From Candidatus Eiseniibacteriota bacterium (GTDB lineage: Bacteria; Eisenbacteria; RBG-16-71-46; JABDJR01), in NCBI GenBank assembly GCA_963783375.1, contig CAWANH010000003.1:32001-96000 (forward strand): 64,000 nucleotides of DNA, read 5' to 3'. Made by a program: the position numbers and the translations under genes. Under the pieces are notes generated by a model. That model made no database searches. It had not been told where the DNA came from and saw nothing but the letters and a program-made list of their open reading frames with translations. Of the stretch, positions 9,217 to 18,970 are shown piece by piece (positions within the stretch are counted from its first letter, which is position 1; the number at the start of each line of letters is the position of its first letter).

Positions 9217-12200
9217 CTAATCCAACCGGACCGCTACCACGATGGGCGCCTGATCCTTGGTCACGTTGCCGTTCAAATCCGTGGTCATCAGATGGCAGAT
9301 GTACATCCCCGCGGGGACGAGTTCGTAGGTCTCGTCGCGTCCGTCCCAGCTCAGGGTCTTGGCGTAGGTCCCGCTGCCGGTGAAGTTCTCCTCGAGGAGC
9401 ACCTTCACCAGGCGGCCCTGGAGGTCGAAGACCCGGACGATGATCTTCCCCTGGGGCTCGATGGGGACGTTGATCTTGATATCGATGCGCTCGTTGGTGT
9501 TCTTGATCAGGGTCCGGGCCGGGATGACCAGGCGCCCCGTCCGCTCCACCTTCGCCGCGGTCAGAAAGCTGACCGTGGAATTGGCGGCGATGACGTTCCC
9601 GGCCAGGTCCTGGACGTTGTTGACCCGGACGATGTACGGGGTGTCCGCCTCGAGCGTTCCGCTCAGGGTCAGGGTCACCGTGGCCGCGGATACCGATGCG
9701 GAGACCACGGAGATCCCGGCCGACGGGTCCCCGGAGGGATAGACTTCGTAGTTGGAGGCGACGTTGGCCCCGGTCCCCACACCCTCGCTGAAGTTGACGG
9801 TGACCCGGTTGGATCCGGCGGAACCCGAGGCCGAGCTCATGACCGGCGGGGTGGTGTCCCCCGGCCCGCCCCCCTTGGAGAAGTCGTCGGCGTTCCCCAC
9901 GTTGATCTGGAAGGTGCTCTGGTACGCGCCCCCCGCCCCGGCGCCGGTCACCAGGTCGCCGGCCTTGAAGTCGGCGGCGTTGATCCCGGTGCTGTTCCGC
10001 ACCCGGAAGCTGATCCCCTGGGCGTCGTAGTTGTAGTTGCTGGCACCCGACGCCACCGGGGCCGAGACCAGGGCGGCGGTGGTCTGGATGTAGGTTCCCT
10101 CCCACTGGGGGTTCGCGGCCTGGGCCACGGAAAGCACCTTGGGCGCCAGCCGGGGCTGGTTGCTGGCCACCACGCTCACCGGGGACGGATTGAGGAGCTC
10201 CAGGGTGGTGAAGTACAGGGTATCCGCGCCGGTCACCTGGATCACGCTCCCCCGGCTCGCATAGGCGCTGACGAAGCTCCCGCCGAAGACGTTGAGCCCC
10301 CGGGCCGAGCCGTCCTGGATGTAGATGTTCGGCAGGCCGCTGGGCACGGGGATGTAGACCTGGCCGATCACCGTCACCTTGCGGCCGTTCCCGGGCGAGG
10401 TGGCGAACACGTCGGCGATGTTCATGACCGTGGCCGAGCTGGTCTGGAACGAGGCCGACCCGCCGCTCAGGGTCCCGCCGGCCTGGGCGTTCACCCCGCT
10501 CACCGTCACCGAATAGCCGGCGCTCTGGGGGAGCGGCGCCGCGGTCTTGAGCACCACCGTCTGGCCGTTCTCCTGGACGTAGGCCGACGAGAGGCTCAGG
10601 GAGGGCGTGAAGCTGTAGTTCGAGGTCTGGACCGCCTGGGCCAGGTTCACCTTGGCCGAGAACGTCACCGCCACGTAGTCCTTCCCGAACTGGAAGGCGT
10701 CGTTCACGGTGAAGTCCCCCCCTCCTCCGCCGGAGGTGAAGCTCACCGTCGAGTTGGCGAGGATGGCGTTCCCGGCCGCGTCCTGGACGTTCGACACCCG
10801 CACCGTGTACGAGGTCGAGGCGGCCAGGCTCGCGCCCAGGGTCAGGGTGACCGTCGATCCCGAGGCCGAGGCCGAGGTCACGGCCAGGGTGGCCGACGGG
10901 TTCGACGCCGGATAGACGCTGTAGTTGGAGGCGGTCGAGGCCCCGGCGGCCACCGCCTCGCTGAAGCTCACCGTCACCTGGCTGGCGCCGGAGGCGCCCG
11001 AGGCGCTCAGCAGGGTCGGCGGGGTGGTATCGGTCCCGGTCGCCTTGTAGAAGTCGGCCGCGTTCCCGACGTTGATCTGGAAGGTCTCCTGGAACGCGCC
11101 TCCCGCCCCCGCCCCGGTCACCGAGTCCCCGACGTGGTAGAGGCCGGTGTCGATCCCGGTCAGGTTCCGGGTGCGGAAGGTGATCCCCTGGGCGTCGATG
11201 TTGTAGGCGTAGCTTCCCGAGGCCACCGGCGCCGCGGTGATGGTGGAGGTGGTCTGGATGTAGGTCCCCTCCCACTGGGGGTTCGCGGCCTGGGCCACCG
11301 AAAGCACCTTGGGACCGAGCTTCGGCACCCCGGTGGCCACCGGGGTGGAACTCACGTTCACCAGCTCCACGGTGGTGAAGTAGGTGTCCACGGTGGCGGT
11401 CACCAGGCCCACGTCACCGATCGCATCGATGGCGGCCTGGGCGCCGGACCGGTCGAAGACATTGATCCCCCGGCCGGTTCCGTCCTGGATCCAGCCGCTG
11501 TAGTGACTCCCTTCGGCCAGCACCGGGATGAAGGCCTGCCCGATGACGTTGACCGAGGTGCCCTTGTAGCTGGCCAGATTGCTCTGGATCTGGTCGATCC
11601 CGATCACCTGCTTGTTGACGGTGGTGAAGGAGGTCGGCCCGCCGGACTGGAGGGCGGAGCCGCCCGCGCTGGTCACTCCCGATACCGCCACGGTGTAGCT
11701 CGTCGAGAGGGGCAGATTGGAGGCGGTCTTCAGGATCGCCGTCCTCCCGTTGTCCTGCACGGTCACGCTCTGGATGGTGACCGCAGGGGTCAGGGAATAG
11801 TTCGAGGCCACCGCGGCCTGGCTCGTGTTCACCAGGTCGCTGAAGGCCACCGCCACCTGGGCGGGGCCGAACTGGTAGAGGGCGGCCACCTGGAAGGTGC
11901 CGCCGCTCCCGCCTCCGGTGGTGAAGCTCGTCGTCGAGTTGGCCGCGATCAGATTCCCGGCCACATCCTGGACATTGGACACCTTCACCGTGTACGGGGT
12001 GGAGGCGGCCAGGCTCGAGCCCAGGGTGAGGGTCACCGTGGCCCCCGACACCGAAGCCGAGGAGACCCCGATCGTCGATGAGGGGCTGGACGTCGGGTAC
12101 ACGCTGTAGTTGGACGCGGTGGAGGCCCCGGCCGCCACCGTTTCCGAGAAGGTCACGTTCACCGTGCTCGATCCCGCGGTTCCCGAAGCCCCGACGAGGG

Positions 12201-14268
12201 TCGGCGCGGTGTTGTCCACCCCGCTCCCCTTCATGAAGTCGTCGGCGTTCCCCACGTTGATCTGGAACGTGGTCTGGTACGCCCCGCCCGCTCCCCCGCC
12301 GGTCACCGTGTCGCCGACGTTGTAGCTGGCCGCGTTGATCCCGGTGCTGTTCCGCACCCGGAAGGTGATCCCCTGGGCATCGTAGTTGTAGTTGCTGGCC
12401 CCGGAGGCCACCGGCGCCGCGGTCAGGGTCGAGGTGGTCTGGATGTAGGTCCCTTCCCACTGGGAGTTCGCGGCCTGGGAAACCGTGAGGACCTTGGGAG
12501 CCAGGTTGGGCTGCCCGCTGGCCACCGTGCTCACCGAGGTCGGGTTCTCGATCTCCAGGGTGGTGAAGTAGAACGTGCCCAACCCGGTGACCTCGATCAC
12601 GTTTCCCCGGCTCGCATAGGCCGGCTCCAGGTTCCCGCCGAAGACGTTCAGTCCCCGCGCGGAGCCGTCCTGGATGTAGATGCTCGGGGTGCCGCTGGTG
12701 ACGGGGATGAAGATCTGGCCGATCACGGTTACCGTCTGGTCGCCGCCGGAAATGGTGGTGTGGACGTCGGCGATGTTCATGACGGTGGCCGCGCTGGTCT
12801 GGAACGAGGCCGCGCCGCCGTTCAGGGTCTCACCGCTCGCCCCTCCCACCCCGGTCACCGTCACCGCATAGCTCGTGCTCTTGGGGAGCGCGGCCGCGGT
12901 CTTGAGCACCACCGTCCGGCCGTTCTCCTGAACGTAGGCCGACGAAACGGTCAGGGACGGGGTGAAGCTGTAGTTCGAGACTGCAACCGCCTGGGCCGCG
13001 TTCACCTTGGCCGAGAAGGCCACCGCCACGTAGTCCTTCCCGAACTGGAAGGCCCCGGTCACGCTCAGGCCCCCGCCGCTTCCCCCACCGGTGGTGAAAC
13101 CCACGGTGGAGTTGGCGGCGATCGCGTTTCCGGCCACGTCCTGGACGTTGGAAACCTTCACCGTGTACGAGGTTGAGGAGGTGAGGGCAGAGGCCAGGGT
13201 GAGGGTCACCAGCGCCCCGGATCCCGAGGCCGCCGACGCCGAGCTCACCGCGATGGTGGCCGAGGGATTGGCGGTCGGGTACACCGAATAGTTCGCCGCG
13301 GTCTCCGCGCCGGTTCCCACCGGCTCGGAGAAGGTCACGCTGATCGTGCTCGAGGCGGCGGTCCCCGAAGCTCCGACGAGGGTCGGCGGCGTGGTGTCCG
13401 CTCCGCCGCCGCCGGGCGGCGTCCCGTCGGTGTTGTCGGTGAAGGTGACGGAGAGGTTCTCGCTGGTCTCGTCGCGGCCGTTCACGCCGTTGCCGCCGCT
13501 GGTCTTCTGGGTTCCCTCGGAGTTGTCGACCCGGATCAGGGTTCCGGTGGGGTTCCCGAAGGGGGCCGTCGCGTCCTGGGCGGAGATCGCGGTGTCCGGC
13601 TGGTACATGGTCGGAGTGGAGTCGGCGTCGGGGCCGTCGATGGAGACCCCGGTCTTGTCCACCGCCTCGTCCTTGTCCCCCCAGACCACGTAGTCGATAT
13701 CGGTCACCAGGTCCGTCTGCCCGTCCCAGTAGAAGAGGACCACGATCTCGCCGGTGTTGGTGAGACTCGGGTTGGTAGTCGAGTTGATCGAACCCGGGCG
13801 GGCGTCCCGCATGTCGGGGATCGCGTCGGAGCTGGTCCCGTCCTCATAGAGCTCGTAGGTGGGCTGGACCCCGTAGGTGCCGAAGAACCCGTCGCTCCCG
13901 TCGACCGCGATCGAGGCCTCGGCTCCCGGGGCCAGGGTCGCCCCGGCCGGGAAACGAGCCACGAAGTCGGTGAAGTTGCCGCCCGCGATGTCCTTGGAGG
14001 GATCGGGGAGGTTGTAGTAGTACTGGCTCAATGGAGCGTAGGTGGCGTCGGTCAGGTAGTAGTCCGACAGATCCACCGTGGAGCTTCCCGGGTTCTTGAT
14101 CACGATGTACTCACCCGGAGTGGTCGGGCCGCCTCCGCGAACCTCGACCTGGCTGATCAGGAGCTTGGCGGGTGTCTGGGCGGAGGCGGGAAGCGGAAAC
14201 TGGAGGAAGGCGACGATCACGAGGGCGGCGGCGGCGATGCCCGCCGCGTTCCGTGCACGGTTCAACAT
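9217..14268 (-). CDS. Giant secreted protein: lamin-tail domain, 3x [Ig-Ig-OB-OB] modules, Ig, FlgD/T9SS-type C-terminal domain
   Basis: LLISQVEV...EYIVIKNPGSSTVDLSDYYLTD (LTD); repeated DTTPPTL...VTFSE.V (SbsA/Big_5-like Ig); VTVIGQ...YIQDG..RGLNVF...VTG...YFTTLE (OB-like); VFDLQGRLVKVL...WDGRD...VPAGMY (FlgD_ig). Confidence 0.8.
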   Translation of the reverse strand: MLNRARNAAGIAAAALVIVAFLQFPLPASAQTPAKLLISQVEVRGGGPTTPGEYIVIKNPGSSTVDLSDYYLTDATYAPLSQYYYNLPDPSKDIAGGNFTDFVARFPAGATLAPGAEASIAVDGSDGFFGTYGVQPTYELYEDGTSSDAIPDMRDARPGSINSTTNPSLTNTGEIVVLFYWDGQTDLVTDIDYVVWGDKDEAVDKTGVSIDGPDADSTPTMYQPDTAISAQDATAPFGNPTGTLIRVDNSEGTQKTSGGNGVNGRDETSENLSVTFTDNTDGTPPGGGGADTTPPTLVGASGTAASSTISVTFSEPVGTGAETAANYSVYPTANPSATIAVSSASAASGSGALVTLTLASALTSSTSYTVKVSNVQDVAGNAIAANSTVGFTTGGGSGGGLSVTGAFQFGKDYVAVAFSAKVNAAQAVAVSNYSFTPSLTVSSAYVQENGRTVVLKTAAALPKSTSYAVTVTGVGGASGETLNGGAASFQTSAATVMNIADVHTTISGGDQTVTVIGQIFIPVTSGTPSIYIQDGSARGLNVFGGNLEPAYASRGNVIEVTGLGTFYFTTLEIENPTSVSTVASGQPNLAPKVLTVSQAANSQWEGTYIQTTSTLTAAPVASGASNYNYDAQGITFRVRNSTGINAASYNVGDTVTGGGAGGAYQTTFQINVGNADDFMKGSGVDNTAPTLVGASGTAGSSTVNVTFSETVAAGASTASNYSVYPTSSPSSTIGVSSASVSGATVTLTLGSSLAASTPYTVKVSNVQDVAGNLIAANSTTSFTTGGGSGGTFQVAALYQFGPAQVAVAFSDLVNTSQAAVASNYSLTPAVTIQSVTVQDNGRTAILKTASNLPLSTSYTVAVSGVTSAGGSALQSGGPTSFTTVNKQVIGIDQIQSNLASYKGTSVNVIGQAFIPVLAEGSHYSGWIQDGTGRGINVFDRSGAQAAIDAIGDVGLVTATVDTYFTTVELVNVSSTPVATGVPKLGPKVLSVAQAANPQWEGTYIQTTSTITAAPVASGSYAYNIDAQGITFRTRNLTGIDTGLYHVGDSVTGAGAGGAFQETFQINVGNAADFYKATGTDTTPPTLLSASGASGASQVTVSFSEAVAAGASTASNYSVYPASNPSATLAVTSASASGSTVTLTLGASLAASTSYTVRVSNVQDAAGNAILANSTVSFTSGGGGGDFTVNDAFQFGKDYVAVTFSAKVNLAQAVQTSNYSFTPSLSLSSAYVQENGQTVVLKTAAPLPQSAGYSVTVSGVNAQAGGTLSGGSASFQTSSATVMNIADVFATSPGNGRKVTVIGQVYIPVPSGLPNIYIQDGSARGLNVFGGSFVSAYASRGSVIQVTGADTLYFTTLELLNPSPVSVVASNQPRLAPKVLSVAQAANPQWEGTYIQTTAALVSAPVASGASNYNYDAQGISFRVRNSTGINAADFKAGDLVTGAGAGGAYQSTFQINVGNADDFSKGGGPGDTTPPVMSSASGSAGSNRVTVNFSEGVGTGANVASNYEVYPSGDPSAGISVVSASVSAATVTLTLSGTLEADTPYIVRVNNVQDLAGNVIAANSTVSFLTAAKVERTGRLVIPARTLIKNTNERIDIKINVPIEPQGKIIVRVFDLQGRLVKVLLEENFTGSGTYAKTLSWDGRDETYELVPAGMYICHLMTTDLNGNVTKDQAPIVVAVRLD
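9859..13398 (-). repeat. Three intragenic tandem modules of about 1.18 kb
   Basis: DxTxP module starts at 13398, 12216, 11031 and a partial fourth at 9858 (spacing 1182, 1185, 1173); near-identical QWEGTYIQTT...QGITFR.RN.TGI...FQINVGNA blocks. Confidence 0.9.
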
Positions 14269-14506
14269 TGGACGGGACCTTTCTCCTTCACGGAGTCGGC
14301 TGGCAACCGACCGGAGGGACCCGGTCGGTCGTTCGGCGGGTGGAGCCGGCCTCGAACTGCTATCGCCTTACCCCCCACGTTACCAATCCGGCCGGCATCA
14401 CGGTTTTGAGACCAGACGCTCGCTGGGCGCGAAGCGACGAGTCGGACAAAACGTACTCCCCTCCCGTCGTCGATCCGAACGGCGGGTGTGGGGTTAGCCG
14501 CGCAGT

Positions 14507-16726
14507 CTAACCCCCGCCTCCGGGAATTTCCACCCATATTGGGTTGCTGAACCCTATCGATTTTGTCAATGAGCGTTGTTCAGTCGATTCGGTCGTCCCC
14601 ATCACTGGATTGTCCGACGGTGGATTGCTGTGGAAAACCCCGTCCACTCGAATCACGACGTACCCGGACCGGTCCACCGCCGGCTCGACATCCTCGTCGA
14701 AGCGGAGGGATCGGTCGCGCCCGCGCAGCATGAAGATCGAGTCGGCCTTCCCGTTGACGATGACCGTCACCTTGCGGACCTCGACCGACGACGGAGCCCA
14801 GACCGTGAGATGGCCTCGGAGGACGCCGGCCGCGGTCACGAGGGTGTCGCCGATCGTTTCCCCCCCCAACCGGAAATCGATGAAGGGGCCGTCGGAGACC
14901 ATCACCCTGCCGGCGCGGATGGCGTTCATCACGCCGTCCACGGTCGCGGGGCCGTCTCCGGTGAAGACGAGGCTCCGCGCTCCCCAGGGCGCGTCCCCCG
15001 AGAGCCCGTCCGAGCCGGCGCTCCCCACCCCGGTGCGCTTCCGGCCTTCGCCGAGGTCCTCGAGCCACCGTTTCCAGCGGGTCTCGAACGAACCGTCGTC
15101 CCGATGCCCGAGGAGTTCGACCGTCGTGCCGGTCCCGCCCCCGGGAAGACGCCGGAGCGGCGAGGCCAGGTTGAGGGTGTCGATCGCCGAATCGTAGTCG
15201 GTGCGCCGGTCGCGGTCGACGGACGCGAACCACGCAACGCCCTCCGAGGCCAGCGCGCGCGCGCGGTCCGGCACCTCGACCTCGGTCCCGGGGCTGGGCG
15301 CCGCCCGCACTCCGGTGTCCACCGCCACCCATCCCCGGGGAAGATCGAGCGGGGTGATGACCGCCTGGAGCGCGGCCTTCCGGCCGGAGTGCAAGGTCGC
15401 CTCGACCTGCCATTCTTCGAAAGACGGACCGCGGGCGGCGGTGACCCGGTAGCGCCCGGCGGGAATCTCCACGCGGATCCCCCCGGTTCCCGAGAACACC
15501 GCGCGTCCCGCCCCGTCGGCCCGCCAGTCGGGTCCGAGATCGGGGTTCGGCGTGCCGTCGATGCCGGTGAAGAGCCACTTGGCGGGAGAGGGGCTCCCGT
15601 TCACGTCCACCGCGACCAGGGTGACCGTCGCCGCCTGGGGGAGCTCGAATGAGGCGTGGGCGTCCTTCCCCACCTCCACCCGCTCCTCGCGCTCACGCTC
15701 GGCGGGACCGCGGCGGGGATGGCGGGCGGTGACTCGATAGCGCCCGGGGGGAAGGGCCAGGGTCACCCGTCCCCGGCGGTCCGTCTCTCCGAGACCTCGG
15801 GATACACCCTCTTCGTCCACCGCTTCGATCACCGCATCCGCCACCGGGCGGCCGTCGTCCCCCTCGACGTCGGCGCGGAGCTTTCCCACCGGCCGGCCCT
15901 TCGTCGCCCAGGCCGCTTCCTGGGCCCGGGCGGCGGAGCCTCGGACGGCGAACAGGAGCCGTTCATAGCGGGCGGTGTCGCCGGGGGCCAGGGTCGCGGT
16001 CGCGGCGGTCAGCGCCGAACCGTTCCGGCCTTGCCGGGCGCTGAGATCGCCGGCCGTGCTCACCCAAGCGTAGCCGCTTCCCTCGCCCGAGGCGGCGGCG
16101 AAGGGTATCGCCACGGGTGCGGCGGTGGCGAGCGCGCCCCGCCCCGGTGCGTAGGGCTCGGCCCGCCCCCACTCCACCACGTCCCCGAGGGGAAAGGCGG
16201 CCAGGGTGTCGGCCCCCGTGTTCACCACCGTGGTGCGGATGGTGAGGTGATCGGAGCCGGCGCGAAGCTCGTAGCGGGTCTCCACCCGGAGCCGGGAGCG
16301 GCCGGGATCACCGCCGGTCCACCGGCCGGAGGCCACCAGCACCTGGAGGGAGCTGTCGGGCGCGGTGTCGCCCCGAACCTCGTCGTACCGAACGGGCAGG
16401 AGCAGGGAGTCCCCGAGGCCGGTGAAGATCCCACGAAGGGCGTCCCGGCCGCCGGCCGGAGCCGCGTCGATCAGGTTCCCCGCCGCCGGCGCCCGGTTCG
16501 AGGCGGCGCCCGCCACCACCACGGTGAGGTGCTCGTTCACGAGGAGCCAGTCCCCCGCCCTCCCCTCGACCGTCCCCCCGGCGAGGGGGGGTGGGGCGGT
16601 GAGTTCGTGCGATGTCACGAAGGGGGGCGGCGGGAGCGGGACCGGTTCCGGTGGAGGTGGTCCTCCCGCGCAGGAGACGGTGAGAAGCGAGCCGGCGAGG
16701 AGAAGGGGACGGAAGGGGATGCGCAT
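14507..16726 (-). CDS. Lipoprotein with carboxypeptidase-regulatory-like domains and a degenerate PHP (CehA/McbA-like) domain
   Basis: LLTVSC lipobox; GDWLLVNE, LPPGRYRV, ARGPSFE, GRVMVSDGPFI, FSNPIWV; metal-ligand histidines not seen. Confidence 0.65.
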   Translation of the reverse strand: MRIPFRPLLLAGSLLTVSCAGGPPPPEPVPLPPPPFVTSHELTAPPPLAGGTVEGRAGDWLLVNEHLTVVVAGAASNRAPAAGNLIDAAPAGGRDALRGIFTGLGDSLLLPVRYDEVRGDTAPDSSLQVLVASGRWTGGDPGRSRLRVETRYELRAGSDHLTIRTTVVNTGADTLAAFPLGDVVEWGRAEPYAPGRGALATAAPVAIPFAAASGEGSGYAWVSTAGDLSARQGRNGSALTAATATLAPGDTARYERLLFAVRGSAARAQEAAWATKGRPVGKLRADVEGDDGRPVADAVIEAVDEEGVSRGLGETDRRGRVTLALPPGRYRVTARHPRRGPAEREREERVEVGKDAHASFELPQAATVTLVAVDVNGSPSPAKWLFTGIDGTPNPDLGPDWRADGAGRAVFSGTGGIRVEIPAGRYRVTAARGPSFEEWQVEATLHSGRKAALQAVITPLDLPRGWVAVDTGVRAAPSPGTEVEVPDRARALASEGVAWFASVDRDRRTDYDSAIDTLNLASPLRRLPGGGTGTTVELLGHRDDGSFETRWKRWLEDLGEGRKRTGVGSAGSDGLSGDAPWGARSLVFTGDGPATVDGVMNAIRAGRVMVSDGPFIDFRLGGETIGDTLVTAAGVLRGHLTVWAPSSVEVRKVTVIVNGKADSIFMLRGRDRSLRFDEDVEPAVDRSGYVVIRVDGVFHSNPPSDNPVMGTTESTEQRSLTKSIGFSNPIWVEIPGGGG

Positions 16727-16801
16727 GGCGCCAATCCTAACCGGTGGGGCCCGGCGCCGTCATTCCTGTCCGCTCCCCGGCGCCGAAGAGGGCAGGCGCC
16801 C

Positions 16802-16839
16802 AAAAAAAAGGTGGGGGACCGGATAACCGGTCCCCCACC
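16802..16839 (-). terminator. Rho-independent terminator
   Basis: 13-bp perfect stem ggtgggggaccgg-ataa-ccggtcccccacc followed by 8 T on the minus strand, just after the stop at 16862. Confidence 0.9.
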
Positions 16840-16861
16840 GAGGTCGAACTCCCGAAGGAGA

Positions 16862-18775
16862 TCAGCGGATGTAGAGCATCTTCCGGGTCAGGACCTGGCT
16901 CCCCACCTCGAGGCGGTAGAAATAGATCCCGGTGCCCGAGTTCCCCATGGTGGTCGCGTCGACGCTGGCCACGTGATCCCCGGGGGTCATCTCGGCATCC
17001 ACCAGGGTACGCACCAGGCGTCCCTGGATGTCGAACACCGAGAGCTTCACCGGTGTCCGGACGTCCGCCCCCGCGGCCGCCGGCACCTGGAAGTGAATCT
17101 CGGTGCGGGCCCCGAAGGGGTTGGGGATGTTCTGGGCCAGCCGGAGCGTCGGCTTGAGCGGGTTGTCGCCCACGCCGGTGGCGGTCAGGAACACGATGTC
17201 GCTGGCGAACCGCGGCACGATCTCGTAGCCGCCGGTGTAGGGGCTCGAGCTGTCGTACTGGCTGCCGATCCCGGTCACCGTGATGTACTGGCTGGTCACC
17301 GGGGTGCCGGGGATGTTCGTGTCCAGGTCGATGAACATCTGGACCGAGTCCGGGACGCAGTTCCGGATGTAGTAGCTCACGTTGGTTCCCGCCGGCGACA
17401 GGGTGTCGACCCCGGCCGGGAGAGCGGCGATGTTCATGGTGATGAGCTCGCCCTCGAAGGCCTCGAAATCGTCGCAGGAGGTGACGATCTTCGGCGCCGG
17501 AACCGCTCCCGGACCGTTGATGTCCACCAGCAGGGAGTCGCAACCGGCCCCCGAGGTGATCTCGAGCTTCCCGTTGTACTGGTCGATCGTGCCCTCGACG
17601 GTCACGTCGTCCCCCAGGCTGGGCTGCACGGTGTGGGTCCCGTACTTGAACACGTCGATCCCGCCGGTGGCGTCCTGGATGTAGTACTCGGTGTTCGCGG
17701 TCTGGAACACGCCGTAGGGAACGGTGCAGTTGCCCCGGACCCGAACTCCCAGGAAGCGGTAGATGTTGGCCTGGTTGGCGTCCATCACCTGGATATCGCC
17801 GATGTCCGTCGTCCCCACGAAGTACCCCCGCTCGAAGCCGACGGTGGTGTCGGGGTTGGCGTTCCGGGCGTAGACGGTGTAACGAACGATGTCACCGTTC
17901 GAGGGCTGGCCGGGGATGGTCGCCTGGAACACGGTGGTGTCGCCCGAGGTGGAGAACGTGCTCATGGCCACCACGCTCTCCGCCCCGCCGTTCACCGAGT
18001 AGTGGAGGTCGGCGGCGGTGGCGTAGAGAACGAAGGCCTGCGCGGTCACCGACTGGTTCGGCACCGGGACGCAGGGGGTGCGGAGCTGGTCGAAGACGTC
18101 CGGGGGCGGATTCAGGCAGCTCGGGTTCGGGCTGCCGGGGGTGTCGTCGATGCCCAGGGTGAACTGCCCGATGACCCACTGGTTGACCAGGTCGGAGCAG
18201 CGATAGACGTGGCCGGGGACGAAGGAGCCGTCCGGACCTACCGTGGTGGCGCAGTAGAGGTACTCGTCGCCCGCGCAGTTGGGGGTGGTCCCCTCGTCCA
18301 GCCCGACGCAGTCCACGATGGACGTCCACGGAGTGGTGTCGAAGGTGCCGGTATCGAGGGTGTCGAGATCCTGGCCGTCGGTTCCCGTGAACCCGAGCAC
18401 CAGCATGTGGGTGACGTTGTCGCTGTTTTCGAAGTTCATGGCCAGCGACGCGTCGTATCCGGTGAGCGTGTTGGCGTCACCGGCCTTCAGCGCCGCGAAC
18501 AGGCTGTCGGCCTGGATGGAGTACCCGTCCAGGGGCGTCACCGACTCGATGGTTCCGCAGGAAGTCACCGAGCCGTCCCCGATCACGAGGTAGGTGTAGC
18601 CGTTCAGGCTGGTGCCCGGAGCGCCCTTCAGTTCGAAGTACTCATCGGTGTCCCCGCCCGGCATGTCGGTGCGGATCTCGTTGATCTTGATCTGGGCCGA
18701 AGCCGTCCCGATCATTCCCATCAACCCGATGCCCAGCGCGAGAAAGAAGACGAATCGCAGCGTAGGTCGTTTCAT
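16862..18775 (-). CDS. Secreted Cys-rich lamin-tail/OB-fold protein with FlgD/T9SS-type CTD
   Basis: IKINEIRTD...EYFELKG (LTD-like); YIQDATGGI.V...GDDVTVEGTIDQYNGKLEI (YhcR-like OB); QNIPNPF...IFDIQGRLVRTL-type ...GIYFYRL CTD. Confidence 0.75.
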   Translation of the reverse strand: MKRPTLRFVFFLALGIGLMGMIGTASAQIKINEIRTDMPGGDTDEYFELKGAPGTSLNGYTYLVIGDGSVTSCGTIESVTPLDGYSIQADSLFAALKAGDANTLTGYDASLAMNFENSDNVTHMLVLGFTGTDGQDLDTLDTGTFDTTPWTSIVDCVGLDEGTTPNCAGDEYLYCATTVGPDGSFVPGHVYRCSDLVNQWVIGQFTLGIDDTPGSPNPSCLNPPPDVFDQLRTPCVPVPNQSVTAQAFVLYATAADLHYSVNGGAESVVAMSTFSTSGDTTVFQATIPGQPSNGDIVRYTVYARNANPDTTVGFERGYFVGTTDIGDIQVMDANQANIYRFLGVRVRGNCTVPYGVFQTANTEYYIQDATGGIDVFKYGTHTVQPSLGDDVTVEGTIDQYNGKLEITSGAGCDSLLVDINGPGAVPAPKIVTSCDDFEAFEGELITMNIAALPAGVDTLSPAGTNVSYYIRNCVPDSVQMFIDLDTNIPGTPVTSQYITVTGIGSQYDSSSPYTGGYEIVPRFASDIVFLTATGVGDNPLKPTLRLAQNIPNPFGARTEIHFQVPAAAGADVRTPVKLSVFDIQGRLVRTLVDAEMTPGDHVASVDATTMGNSGTGIYFYRLEVGSQVLTRKMLYIR

Positions 18776-18886
18776 GGTGCCATTAACCCCCTAAGAATGC
18801 TCAGCCCACCCCTAGACACACGCAGGAGGGATTCAATGCGCGGGTGAGCGGTTGCACCCCCCTTTTGAAGATGTGGTCGCTCAATA

Positions 18887-18942
18887 ACCCTATCGCAAAT
18901 CGACCCCTGTTTCAATGACAAAAACTTGACAGAACGGTGACA
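18887..18942 (-). promoter_or_regulatory. Putative sigma70 promoter with three TGTCA direct repeats at 11-bp pitch (Pho-box-like)
   Basis: Minus strand reads TGTCAccgttcTGTCAagttttTGTCA-TTGAAA-17 bp-TAGGGT; repeats at 18938-42, 18927-31, 18916-20. Confidence 0.55.
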
Positions 18943-18970
18943 ACCGCTTGAATTCCAGGGGGTTGGAGGA

